Source of the DNA: Tubulanus polymorphus
Lineage: Eukaryota; Animalia; Nemertea
Reading direction: 5' to 3'
Assembly: GCF_964204645.1 (NCBI RefSeq)
Contig: NC_134026.1
Coordinates: 31,334,250 to 31,398,249 of the forward strand
Length of the DNA: 64,000 bases
Within the stretch, counting starts at the first letter, position 1. Every line of letters starts with the position of its first letter. Below the pieces are notes generated by a model. The model was not told where the DNA came from, did not search any database, and was given only the letters and a program-made list of their open reading frames with translations. This document shows positions 28,586 to 54,555 of this stretch, in pieces. Made by a program: the position numbers and the translations under genes.

Positions 28586-31004
28586 AGCAAAAAGGTGGTA
28601 TCGTATGGCTTAGATCACGGACATTTTGGATTTATAGACACTTAAGACCAATCCAAACTCATTTTGGTTATATAGCCAATCAAAAAAAAGTTTACAGAAA
28701 ACGATACGTGCCCATAGGTTCACTAAGAACCTTCATGTCTATTATATTACCACAGGTGGTTTAGCGAACACGTGACCGGTTTCTAGGACTAGGTGCGGAA
28801 CCCAAACTTCTTATTTACAATCAAGTTCATTAAATCTAGTTTTTGTAAAATCTGCTTGACGAGAATTAGAATCACGGCAGCTGCTGCTGAGTGCAGCTGC
28901 AGCTAAGAGTGCAGCTTACGAGGCGCCAAAAATATTCAAATTCAATCGGCTTAAAATTCCTGATCGTGAGAGACTTAGAGAGTGTGAGACTCAGAGAGAT
29001 CGAGCGAGGCGTAAAAACCAACTCACAAAAAAATAACAGAGATACATCACCGAAATACGACGGCTTAAATATCTCTCGATCTCTGAAACGATTCTGAGTT
29101 TTATAGAAACAGTTTCTGCGAATTGCGTAAAAACACATTCCTTACTGGAAGACAAACAAATAAAATGATGAAGATGTGAGATCTGTTAGTGTCGACGCCA
29201 TGTCTGTTTTACTAAATATCATATTGTCACTTTTCAATAATCTGCTCACGTAGCACTTGTGAATATTCTCAACATTATTTTTTTACTGTTGTTTTTGTTG
29301 CTTTAAACAGAAATATTAGTGATTAAATCAGAGCCAGGCCCCGATAGAGTAGAATCATGATCGCGGTTTATAGCGTGAATTCTACGGGGTACATGAATAA
29401 TAAATACCCGCGTTACTTAACTAAAGTTGACACGTCGATAGCGCGAGAGCCGTGTGTACGGGGGTAATTTAAATAATTGCAGCGGTTTAGGAGGCACCAA
29501 TCAAATACTGACACAATCGATTCCGCGAAACGAACAAACTTTTTATGTTCGGTATTAAGCTCATTATCTAAGTCGTATGAAACACTTGTTGGCGATGGTC
29601 CCCAGACGACTTATGACTCATCAATCGTTAACGCCGACAACCTGTGGCGTATTTCACGAGCTGAATTTCAATTTCAAGTGACAAATACGGTCGAATTGGT
29701 TTCGATTTTCCCACTACACGATTTAGTAGAAGAAGTATGGAAGGCTCGGGCGCTGATGGGTTTAATTTATCGGTGTGAGTTCAATGATTGAATGAATTGT
29801 AACCGTTTCAATCAGCGGGGGCCGAGCAGTTCCTACTTCAATGCATGCCGCCACCACGCCTGATCAAATCTTTTTCTAAAAAGCCGCATCATCAGCGCTA
29901 GTGGGATTAACTTATTTAAATGTTAATTAATCAAACGACATCGGAATCAAACTTGCAAAACGGGTGATTAGTATCTGTTGCTATTTGATTCACGATAGAC
30001 CGCGCCGCGATCTGAAAGGATCTTTTCTTTCCAAAAGAATTCATTCATTTTATTCCATAATAGGATTAAAACCGCTTGATAGAAATTTAAAAAGATTAAA
30101 AACTAAATCTATTCATCAAGAATTAAATACAAAAATTAAAAGGCGCCTGGTACTCTCCTTAGAGACCACGTGAGCAGGGCCTAGTGTCTGTTTCAACTTG
30201 ACTTGAGAGCACATCGGATTGGCTTAAGCTCAGTCAGTGTTTTAATAGTATCTGATATAGGTCTTAATAAGACCAGCACTGATGGGCAGCTGAAATAAAA
30301 ACATCATTTAATCCATTCTACACTGAATTGAAGGATTGCCAAAAAGTTTTAGTTCAGCCATGCTGCTCCTATCTGTGCTCGACTTTTTATCACCTATTAG
30401 GTACTACAAAAACAAAGTCACGTGACATGTCCGCTCAAGCAAAGTTGAAATAGCTATTACAGAGAGATTTAATTTCTAATTTCAAGATTTTATATCATAT
30501 TCATAGACCTTGTTTCTATCGTGCTCGCTATCCAAATACGCTGGCATTTGATTTCAAAATTTCTGTGAAGTTTTGAGCTAAAAGTTTCGAGATTTTGTCA
30601 ATCGAGGTTTACTGAGACGCAGAACCTGTTGATGCTGTCCTTAGTCAGTGTGTAACGCTGATGAATTAGGATTTTGATGCATGAATGTTATTATTATTGA
30701 AAGATAAATGATTCATAACCGTTTCACGTCCGGTCGCCGCCATTGCTCGTTATTCGTTCAATCTAAATCTGTTCAAGCTGCCGGATTTAATTCATTATTG
30801 GTGATCACGGTTTAAATTCTGTGATGGTTTTCAATTATCTCTCAATGATTGCATATTCTCTATAACTATCTATTTCCTTTTCATCTTGTGTTTATCGATG
30901 CATAAAATGTCATAAACTGAGGTTTAGTGGTTATTGAGTGAGGAGGCAATGATCAGTGTCAGTCGTCTGGTCTGTCGGACGTAGCAAAGACAACTGTGAA
31001 ACTA

Positions 31005-32206
31005 AGGTCTGAACTGTGGAACTAAGTACTGAAGTGTGGAACTGAGTCCTGGTGTGGAACTGGTCCTGAACTGTGGAAGTGAGATCCTGAACTGTGGAAC
31101 TGAGTCCTGAACTGTGGAACTGAGTCCTGAACTGTGGAACTGAGTCCTGAACTGTGGAACTGAGTCCTGAAGTGTGGAACTGAGTCCTGAAGTGTGGAAC
31201 TGAGTCCTGAACTGTGGAACTGAGTCCTGAACTGTGGAACTGAGTCCTGAACTGTGGAACTGAGTCCTGAAGTGTGGAACTGAGTCCTGAAGTGTGGAAC
31301 TGAGTCCTGAACTGTGGAACTGAGTCCTGAACTGTGGAACTGAGTCCTGAACTGTGGAACTGAGTCCTGAACTGTGGAACTGAGTCCTGAAGTGTGGAAC
31401 TGAGTCCTGAAGTGTGGAACTGAGTCCTGAACTGTGGAACTGAGTCCTGAACTGTGGAACTGAGTCCTGAACTGTGGAACTGAGTCCTGAAGTGTGGAAC
31501 TGAGTCCTGAAGTGTGGAACTGAGTCCTGAACTGTGGAACTGAGTCCTGAACTGTGGAACTGAGTCCTGAACTGTGGAACTGAGTCCTGAACTGTAGAAC
31601 TGGGTCCTGAAGTGTGGAACTGAGTCCTGAACTGTGGAACTGAGTCCTGAACTGTGGAACTGAGTCCTGAACTGTGGAACTGAGTCCTGAACTGTGGAAC
31701 TGAGTCCTGAAGTGTGGAACTGAGTCCTGAAGTGTGGAACTGAGTCCTGAACTGTGGAACTGAGTCCTGAACTGTGGAACTGAGTCCTGAACTGTGGAAC
31801 TGAGTCCTGAAGTGTGGAACTGAGTCCTGAAGTGTGGAACTGAGTCCTGAACTGTGGAACTGAGTCCTGAACTGTAGAACTGGGTCCTGAAGTGTGGAAC
31901 TGAGTCCTGAAGTGTGGAACTGAGTCCTGAACTGTGGAACTGAGTCCTGAACTGTGGAACTGAGTCCTGAACTGTGGAACTGAGTCCTGAAGTGTGGAAC
32001 TGAGTCCTGAAGTGTGGAACTGAGTCCTGAACTGTGGAACTGAGTCCTGAACTGTGGAACTGAGTCCTGAACTGTGGAACTGAGTCCTGAAGTGTGGAAC
32101 TGAGTCCTGAAGTGTGGAACTGAGTCCTGAACTGTGGAACTGAGTCCTGAACTGTGGAACTGAGTCCTGAACTGTGGAACTGGGTCCTGAACTGTGGAAC
32201 TGGGTC
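31005..32206. repeat. Homogeneous 20-bp satellite (A[C/G]TGTGGAACTGAGTCCTGA), ~59 units
   Basis: Near-perfect 20-bp period with two variants; produces the spurious 427/398-aa minus-strand ORFs. Confidence 0.97.
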
Positions 32207-34139
32207 ATGTTCATGCATAATAAGTTACTGATAAACAGAAGGTTTTTTCTGCATTCACCTCGAGTTATAACGAGTTTAAACAGAGAATAATAGAAATATA
32301 ATCAAATTATATCGAATTCAAATGTTGTCAATAAATTTCAACGAGCACCAGTAATATTCTGATAGAAATGAAATCAATTTTGTTGATTGATATTTGCTGG
32401 AATAACCCGGGGATATATTGGATTTCTTTTTATCACTGGTCCATAGAGATCATCTTAGGAAAAATCATTTTCAATTATTGAATCATTTTTAGCTCGGTTT
32501 CGTGTATTTTTCTGCGATGCCCGTAAGCCTACACTCAAATATAGAATATAGATCAATCAAAAATCAAGATCCACTGATACAGATTTTAAATGTTCTACCG
32601 CATCTTGAGAGTACCTACACTCCAAACGTCAAAAATGATACATGACATTAGCTAAGAGGTTCCATTCATTGATACTTATTTTACTAGAGATTTGTTACTT
32701 TTTAACATCTTATTTACTAATGAATGTATGTTGGACTTGACTTAAATTCTGAAGCGATTTGCAAAATCAGACAAGGGCTCGCATCATCTTTAAGATACAT
32801 AGAGCCATCAGATGCCGTCTACTGGTTGATGTCTTCAGACAATGGAATTTCTTTTTAAAAATCCTCTTAGACTCATCATCAAAATGATATAATTATCAGT
32901 AATAACTATTTTTGGTGAAATAGGATTATTGATTTTCATTTAGAAATATGATCAGAAATATCAGACGATCGCGGTTTGAGTTGTTGATCGATGATCGCTC
33001 GGTTTTTCCGTAGCAGTTTCGCGTATTCAAAGTTTATCCGACTACAATCTCGAGCACAGAACTGCAAGAAATATTAGATTTCTTTATCAATGCAACAATG
33101 ATTCAGAATAGAAAGAAATCTACATGACAATGTCGCCGCGGTGAAACCCCGACGGGAATTATACACAGATCATCCGGTGGCATTTCTTCACGCGTTTACT
33201 GATTAAATTTCCATGTCCGTAAAAGAATGTTATAATATAAAAATTCCACGCATCACTGCCAGCCGCCAGTGTCTTCAATAATTAATTTTTCATCTTCCTC
33301 GCATCATATCAATAAATCAACCTAGCAATCATAGAAAGACTAAGAGCGAGCGCCGTTTTATGAGACGCGCCGCTTCTTAAATTAAATTCAATGACTCTTA
33401 ATGCAACACAAAAATGTTTTCTTTCTCGACTCGTGATAAAATGATATTCATTTTAATTATCAGCGGCATTGATACGAATCAATTATACGCAAATTGTCTG
33501 ACTAAAATATCGCAGCTTGAAATCCAGCTCGACTCAAGAATTAACTTCAAAATTGAACTGTTTTCAACTCATAGTTAACTTTGACCTTGATGTAAAGAAA
33601 CTCATAACACCCTGGAACCGGATTTAGAGTCAGTGAATTATAGACTCACGATAAGACGTTCTGAATTCAAATTTGAGAATCCCCCAAAAAGTGGAACTGG
33701 GTTTTGATCATTGTACGTTCCCCGTAAGCACCTCTTCGATAAGGGGGTCTCGCTGCTAAGAATGAAACCCAGAGAACTGTGTCAAAGCTATACCGGGTAT
33801 CGGGTAGAGAGGTGATGCTTGTTGAAAGAATAAACACAGCTCTGATTTGTGATGATAAATGTAGGGAATTTATCATTATCTGTATGACATATATATATAT
33901 AAAACCTTCAGATAGAATGAAATATGAACCGTAACAGAAACGACTGCAAAAATGACCGATATGAAATATCACCAAATAATCGGCTTTTCGCCAATGTCAC
34001 ACGTTTTTGTTCACACGCATCAAATTGGCCGTCAATTGGCCGTCAGTTCGGCGTCTTCAGAGCTGCTCTGGACAGAGTTCCAAAGCTGTTCCGCAGTTCC
34101 GCAGATTTGAGTCAGAGTTAAAACATTGCACTCACTCAA

Positions 34140-34338
34140 AGTTAACTCACAACTATGGAACTGGATCCTGAGTTCAGAGTTAACTCGGACTCACAACTAT
34201 GGAACTGGATCCTGAGTTCAGAGTTAACTCGGACTCACAACTATGGAACTGGATCCTGAGTTCAGAGTTAACTCGGACTCACAACTATGGAACTGGATCC
34301 TGAGTTCAGAGTTAACTCGGACTCACAACTATGGAACT
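34140..34338. repeat. 44-bp minisatellite (inverted relative of 3923-4170)
   Basis: CAACTATGGAACTGGATCCTGAGTTCAGAGTTAACTCGGACTCA x4. Confidence 0.9.
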
Positions 34339-37189
34339 ATGATCAAATGTTTCCACAAAAAGGAAACATTTCAGGAGGCTCCAAAATATGTGTCTATGAG
34401 TCTCCTCCTAGTTAAGGTGTTTCGGTGATAATCCGCTTATAGAATTTATCAGAGCCACTCAACCGTGGCTTACAAAGGCGTCGATAATGACATGGCCTTC
34501 TCGACTGAATTCGCATTCACCCGGAAAATTCAATTCTTATACATCAAAGTAAAGAATATAATCATTATCATCTTCATAGAACAGACTATAGCGCCGCGCG
34601 GTCGATGTTCAAAAAGTTTCGTTTCAGCGACGTTGATTGATGAAAAAAGGGCCAGAAGTTTGTGAACAGTTTGCCATCGAATATAATGAAGATTTATTCG
34701 CCGATACGATCCCCCGTGTTAAAACGTTCACAACAACCAATGACATCAGACGGATTCGATAGAGCCAACAAATTGTTGCTAATGGATACAAATCCGTGCG
34801 CATCCCGACACAGCTGCGTCGCGCTATTCCGTTAAACCAGACCTATTGAACGGCAGCCAATCATCTCTCTAACTCAACAGACGGGTCTTACCGTAAAAAT
34901 ACCCCTTATAGAACTAGCGACAATTACAGGCCTATTTTACCGCAATCAGTCAACACATTCACGCGGCTGATGCAACAGTGTGGAAGCTGGCGATGATTTC
35001 TTCCCGCGGGAGGGAGGAGGGAAATTTGACCTTTTCGACCGATGAAATTTCGTCACCATATGAGATCAGGAGCTCGTTTTAACTTCAAGCAGGTGTTGAC
35101 TTTATTTACAGACTAAATAATTCAGTTGACCCCCGGGTTGGTCAATTAAATTAAATAGTTTTGCAAAAAGCGTCGTAAATTCTAAATCCTGAGAGCTATT
35201 TATTTCTAAATCATCACGAATCGCTCTTCTAACATCAGCGGCACCAGAATCAGCAGCAATAGCAGCAGTAGCAGCAGCTAGTTCTCAATCCATATTCTCG
35301 TTATGGCAATTTTTTCAAGAATGAATGAAACTCCTCGTTACAACAACTAGTAACATAGTCAGTGCGTGCGCATGCGTAGATTAAACAGTGGCAGGAAAAA
35401 TCACCTTTACAGAGGAAACGATTTGCAGCCCATTGCGCGCGCCTTCGCTTACAAATTAAATTTCCTAAATAGCAGAATTAACAAGTGGAGTCGCAATTAA
35501 TCTGACAGTTCGGGTAAACGAGATTTCAGTATTCAGTACATGTACTGCTAAGAGGTGTTTAAGGAATTTATCACAGCAGCAACAGGCTACAGTCGTTACT
35601 ACTGATTAGCTTTAAGGTAGCGCACTAAATTTGATAAATGAATCTGGGACTCAAGCGTCAACGTCGGAGTGTGGACTCGAATTACAATCGGAATGTTGAG
35701 AGAATCCTGCTTCAAAGAATCCGCCTTAACTTGTATGATCATTAGAGGACTAAAGACCCATCGATATGACCGATTCGTTCTTTAGTTAATCTATCAACTT
35801 GTTAAGACCAGTCCAACGATTTGAGATCATATGGACCTCAGTCCGGGCTGTGAAACCGGCCCAGGGTACAATTCGATAAAAATAAGTTACAGTTTAAAAC
35901 GGTTAAGTTTGAATGGTTTTCGTCATTGAAACATGAATTTGAAAATATGAGATTCATGGTACTGTAGCAAGAATTCAAAAGTTTGAGATTTCAAGTACTG
36001 TTAGATTTGAGAATCTGGCCCCTGGACTCATTTCCATAGTTTGTAGTGAAATACCAACCCACAACTGTACAACATGGCCCGAAACGTTGAAATAAACTAC
36101 CCCGAACTCAAGGGAACATTTACGATTCACTTTTTTTGTATTGTGGGTTTTCACCAGCCGTATCAACGCGGAGTATTTCATAAAACTGATGTTTCTGCAT
36201 CAGTTGCTTGAAATATAGAATACAATATTATCAATATTCTATATCATGTAAAAGATGAATCGTTTTGTTACCAGTGGAGAAATGTATTGATTAAAGAGAG
36301 AGGGAGAGAGAGAGAGAGAAGAGAGAGGGAGAGTAGCCGCAGCTTGTCACAGATCAGACGCTATCAAATAATCGAATATATCAGAGATATGCTCTGATGA
36401 TTCAGCGATTTTTAATTCTTATAGTTACAGAAGTCAAACATCGTCCAATATCGTGAAACGCGACGTAAATATGAATAGAAACTGTCAATCAAACTGCGGA
36501 CAATGAGCATGTTGGAAATGTCATCGATTCGATGGAAAATTTCATCAAAAGAAGAAAGTTTTAAGATCGGGCGCTAACAGCATAAAATGAATTCGACCTC
36601 TTCAGATGATAGTTATCAGAATGAGAGTGGCGAGTAATTGTACCGGTTCGCTATCGATACAAAGTTCACAATAACGTTCTCCATGACAATAACTCTGTTG
36701 AAATTACCCGGCAAACTTCAACTGAAAACAATTAATTTCTTTCGCGAGCGAAGAGAAAATGAAATGAAACTTAAGAAAATCCTTTGCGCGATATGAAGGG
36801 ACAAGATTTTAATCGGGCACTTCGAGTCTGAGTCACACGCGCCAATCTATATCCGGGTAACTGATGGTGGGTATTTTCTCATTAAATTGCAGCCTTGATA
36901 AAAGGAATTCGGAAAATAACTGACAAGAGAGACAATAACACTCACAGAGAGGTTTATCTGAAACCCTAAAAGATAGAGTGGTTTGAAATGTGGGATACAA
37001 TGTCGAATAATGATTCATTCACTCATCCAGTTTAAACACTGTAGTGATTTTGGAATTTCTGAAAGTTCGAAATCTCATTCAGATCCTTGTTTAGGCGTTT
37101 GAGTGGTGAGGTTTGAGTGGTGAGGTTTGAGTTTAGTTTAGCAAAGAGTTGAATAGTTAAGATGTGACTCGGGCTGAAAATGGACTGAT

Positions 37190-37325
37190 TTTAACTCTAA
37201 CTCACGACTGTGGAACTGGATCTTGAGTTCAGAGTTAACTCTAACTCACAACTGTGGAACTGGATGCTGAGTTCAGAGTTAACTCTAACTCACAACTGTG
37301 GAACTGGATGCTGAGTTTAGAATTA
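37190..37325. repeat. 44-bp minisatellite, 3 copies
   Basis: AACTCTAACTCACAACTGTGGAACTGGAT... same family as 3923-4170. Confidence 0.85.
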
Positions 37326-39114
37326 ACTGGATCGAAAGGTCACAGAATGTGACTCCAGGACTCCTGTACCACATTTCTGAGTTGAAAACGACTCTAAAGA
37401 GTTGAAACATTGAACTGATTTTAACTGAGATGAGTTTATACTACAACTCACAACTACTCAGATTTTCAATATTGTAAAATTGGGGGAATAAAATGCACGA
37501 CGGTGAAGTTGATGATTTTGAACCCAATAAATCTATAACTGAACGATGCTTCGCGAGGTATAGGGTGGGGGATGGTGCAGTATTCGAGTGCGGGTTTATA
37601 TTGATTTCGGGGCCTGATTTTCTTCGCTACTGATTTTCAAGGATGACTCAGAAGAATCACGCCGATGAAAATATTGCAAAAATTAACAGATGTATGCTCC
37701 ATAATTGCATCATCCAAACTGGATTTCTAAATAAAATGGTCCGTCAATGATTCTACTCTTTACAGATCACGCCAGCATGAAATCAAATTCAGGATCCAGT
37801 TCCATAGCTGCTGAGTTTTGGTGCAGTGCTTCGAGAAGTGAACTGATCTCAACTCTGAAAAGTCCGACTCCGACTAAACCGAGAATGTTTGTGGAACTGG
37901 ATCCAATTATGGAAATAATACATATAGACCTCATTCCGTCTATCGTAGAAAGTTTATAGAAAGATAAATATGTTACATTTTATGTCAGTTAGTTAAGTTA
38001 TGCCCTTAATGTTGTAGTTCTGTAAGACGCTATAATATAAACCTGGCCCCAGTTGCTGAGTCGTGACTTAAATCCAAAAGTGTTCTTAAATCTTAAGATT
38101 GGTATTAAGTTTTTAGATTTGGATATAGTCGAGTCATAAATCTAATGACTGCGCAACTGAGCCGTGAGGATTCTGCGAACAGGCCGCAAATTGTGAGAAA
38201 GATAATGCAAAGGAATGTGACTTACCCTCTGTACGACTTGTCAGAGAAAACTTGATGAATGACATTCACATTATCTGCTCTTGTCCACGAGCAACATCGG
38301 AGCTGCGATCTCCAGCACAGATGTCTTGGCATCTGAATCATTCAATCAATACCCCTTACACGAAATTAATTTGTTTTCTTTGCAACCAATTGCGCATCGG
38401 AAGAGTTCGTTACAGTATCATGAAATATGATTCATTTAGGGTTGACTCTTTTGAAAGTTTTTGAGTGGTTCATTATTGAATTAGATGCCGACGGTTTGAC
38501 GACTGCTGCGTCAGTCCGAGTCGGCTGTATCGATGACTAGTGATCTCTGAACATCAAGCAATGATAAAAGTGAATTCCGATAGATATAGCAATAGACAAC
38601 CCATCCTAGTTCTAGACACCTCGACCTCAAATGTTGAAAAGAACGAGGCCATGGCGGACCACGGATGAATGGAAGATGAATGACAATGAAATTCGATATT
38701 GTTTATGAGAGATGGAATTCAGATAAATCCCGGAACTGTCTGATAATGATATACCATTTATCATCATTTTATCATCATGGCCTGGTTTCCATTTGGCTTT
38801 GGGGTCCACTTCAGTAGGGTCACTGGGCCTGGTAGAAATCATGCTAAGCTTAGAACTAATACTTTCATGTAAAATTAAGTAACAAATTTTAAAAAGTAGC
38901 TGATATAAATAATATTTTCTATTAACCCATTAATAAAAAGAAGAAAGTCAAATCTTCACCCTCATATGTCTTAATTCCTCCTAGGAAAAGAAATAAAACC
39001 AACCGTTCGTCGCAACTGAAGTGGCAGCACCGTCCGGTTACAATAATCCGATACTGGCGAACCAACTTTGGTAGGTGAGGTGGCAGCACCGTACGGTGTC
39101 GGCGAATAAATGTA

Positions 39115-39124
39115 CTTCCTCTTT
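39115..39124 (+). promoter_or_regulatory. Polypyrimidine TCT/5'TOP-like initiator of RPS12
   Basis: CTTCCTCTTT, followed by a short non-coding exon ending at donor GTGAGT (39155); acceptor TTTTCCAG at 39274. Typical ribosomal-protein gene layout. Confidence 0.7.
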
Positions 39125-39300
39125 GCTTGAGAATATTTACGTGTGGAAATCATTGTGAGTGTCGGTGTTTAAAATCGCTCTAAATCCTTAAATATCCTCC
39201 CTCAAATTATAAATCATTGTCGTATAATAAAAGAAATATATTTAACTAATAATTTCATGTATTTATTTTTCCAGAAGGACGTCCGCCCAGTAAAATAATC

Positions 39301-41126
39301 ATGTCTGATGCGGAAGGGTAAGTTTTTCGAGCATACGTTCTGTTTGTCCGATTATCTGTTATTCCATACATCAATATCAACATCCTAGGGATTTTTCACC
39401 TCGAAAATGAAAGCCGAGACTCTATATATTTAAAGGATTCGGCAATTTTCTTGTGACCCTCAAACAAAAGTCTGATTCTTCGATGTCAAGTTTAGCTATC
39501 CCCCAATTATTGTAATGTAAATGTTTTGATTGTAGAGATGATATTCCAGTTGGAGTAGCTGGTGCTATGGATGTGCACACTGCTCTTCAAGAAGTATTAA
39601 AGAACGCTTTGATCTATAACGGTCTGGCTCGAGGACTTCATGAATGCGCTAAAGCTTTAGACAAGTAATTATTAGTCGTCCCTCACTCTCTATTCAGTGA
39701 GACTTGTGTTAATTATTCAGCTCTGATAATTGTCGCGGTTGTTGTTTTTTAGACGTCAGGCTCATTTGTGCGTTCTTGCCAATAACTGTAACGAACAAGC
39801 GTACGTGAAACTAGTAGAAGCTCTTTGTGCCGAACATGGAATCAATCTGTTGAAGGTAAGACCTCATCTGGACTAATCCACGTCACAGTGTTCCAAATCC
39901 AACTCCGCAACTTCCACAGTCCCGAATCCAACTCCGCAACTTCCACAGTCCTGAATCCAACTCCGCAACTTCCACAGTCCTGAATCCAACTCCGCAACTT
40001 CCACAGTCCTGAATCCAACTCCGCATCTTCCACAGTTCAAAATCCAACTTCCACAGTCCTGAATCCAACTCCGCAACTTCCACAGTCCTGAATCCAACTC
40101 CGCATCTTCCACAGTTCAAAATCCAACTTCCACAGTCCGGAATCCAACTCCGCAACTTCCACAGTCCTGAATCCAACTCCGCAACTTCCACAGTTCAAAA
40201 TCCAATTCAACAATTCAGAATCCCGATAGAAGTTCTGCATTTAGATCCTCAGCTGATAGTTAAAATTTGGCTTCAAGTTTTAAAGATATAATACCTTGTT
40301 TCTGGTAATCATCCAGATCACTGTTACTGAATTCTATGATGAGCTCGAATGTTAAATTATTTATTTCAGGTTGATGATAATAAGAAGCTCGGTGAATGGG
40401 CCGGTTTGTGTAAGATTGATAAAGAAGGAAAGGCTAGGAAAGTTGTTGGATGTAGCTGTGTGGTTGTTAAGGTAAAATATCAACTCTCAATTCATCTTAG
40501 TTTGTTTGTGTATAAGTGATGACAGCTATGCTCCCTCTTCCTAAACTCTGTTGAAGGATTAGCACATGTCTGATATATCTAGTTATTTCGATATTGCTAT
40601 TTCAAACAGATTGCTTAATTTTGGGATTGATGATATTTTGTGTTTAAATGATGACAGCTATGCTCCCTCTTCCTAAACTCTGTTGAAGGATTAGCACATG
40701 TCTGATATATCTAGTTATTTCGATATTGCTATTTCAAACAGATTGCTTAATTTTGGGATTGACGATATTTTGTGTTTAAATGATGACAGCTATGCTCCCT
40801 CTTCCTAAACTCTGTTGAAGGATTAGCACATGTCTGATATATCTAGTTATTTCGATATTGCTATTTTAAACAGATTGCTTAATTTTGGGATTGATGACAT
40901 TTTGTTTTTAAATGATGACAGCTATGCTCCCTCTTCCTAAACTCTGTTGAAGGATTAGCACATGTCTGATGAAATTGATTTTACTGTGAGGAGATACATG
41001 TGATCCGATCTGTTCTGTTCTACCGCTGTCTGATGATTATATCAATGTTTTCTATATTTATAGGATTATGGAAAAGATAGTCAAGCTACTGATGTCCTGA
41101 GTGAATACTTCAAGTCAAAACGATAA
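39301..41126 (+). CDS. RPS12: 40S ribosomal protein S12 (eS12), 137 aa
   Basis: Coding exons 39301-39317, 39536-39664, 39753-39855, 40370-40471, 41064-41126; all GT-AG and in phase. Translation [137 protein letters not shown]. Confidence 0.98.
39890..40205. repeat. 29-bp minisatellite in an RPS12 intron
   Basis: TCCACAGTCCTGAATCCAACTCCGCAACT tandem units; explains the overlapping minus-strand ORFs. Confidence 0.92.
40516..40573 (+). ncRNA. SNORD100: Box C/D snoRNA, SNORD100-like, copy 1
   Basis: C box GTGATGA at 40516, D box CTGA at 40570-40573. Guide ATGCTCCCTCT is complementary to 18S rRNA AGAGGGAGCAT. Vertebrate SNORD100 is also hosted by RPS12 and carries GCTCCCTCT (recalled, not searched). 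Confidence 0.8.
40648..40705 (+). ncRNA. SNORD100: Box C/D snoRNA, SNORD100-like, copy 2
   Basis: ATGATGA...CTGA, body identical to copy 1, 132 bp downstream. Confidence 0.75.
40780..40837 (+). ncRNA. SNORD100: Box C/D snoRNA, SNORD100-like, copy 3
   Basis: Identical body, 132-bp period. Confidence 0.75.
40912..40969 (+). ncRNA. SNORD100: Box C/D snoRNA, SNORD100-like, copy 4
   Basis: Identical body; D box ~94 nt upstream of the 3' splice site at 41063. Confidence 0.75.
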
Positions 41127-41558
41127 ATGACAAAGTTTAATTTGTAAAATCTCTGCTAATTAAAAAGAAACATCAGATACGAAAATATTTTTGCTTATAA
41201 TTATTTGAGTTAAGCTGATTCTGGTTCATTGTGGATTCTCTATCAAAAACTAGAGTCGAATTTTCGAAAACGTACTCAGTTCTGAGGACCTAAACTTTGC
41301 ATTTATCAAAGCATGTACTCGTACCCAGTAATGGCGGCAGTTTGAATCGAGGATTTGTAAATACAGAATGAGAAATGAAACCATTTCACATAAATAACAT
41401 TTATTATTATTGGATAAGAATTCATAACAAATAACGTGATCATCATAATTCACTGCAACCAATAGTGATTTAACACCCCCTCCCCTTCCCCACAGACTGC
41501 CTAGACTGACCCCTCAGGCTCCCTCCAGACTGCCTGGACCTGTTGTATTTAGATGTGT

Positions 41559-54555
<12,997 letters not shown>

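Noticed and set aside
30931-32218. 427-aa and 398-aa minus-strand ORFs
   Set aside because: A stop-free 20-bp satellite read in several frames; no splice or domain evidence.
32650-32720. Possible CR1/L2 LINE 3' remnant on the minus strand (SINEWNLL-like peptide)
   Set aside because: Too short and degenerate to support.
40562-40569. GCACATGT before the D box as a second guide for 28S ACATGTGC
   Set aside because: Only 8 bp of complementarity, too short to support without the species' rRNA.
40967-41034. Possible fifth C/D snoRNA (TGATGA overlapping the copy-4 D box ... CTGA at ~41031)
   Set aside because: The C box overlaps the preceding D box, I recognised no rRNA complementarity, and it is too close to the 3' splice site.
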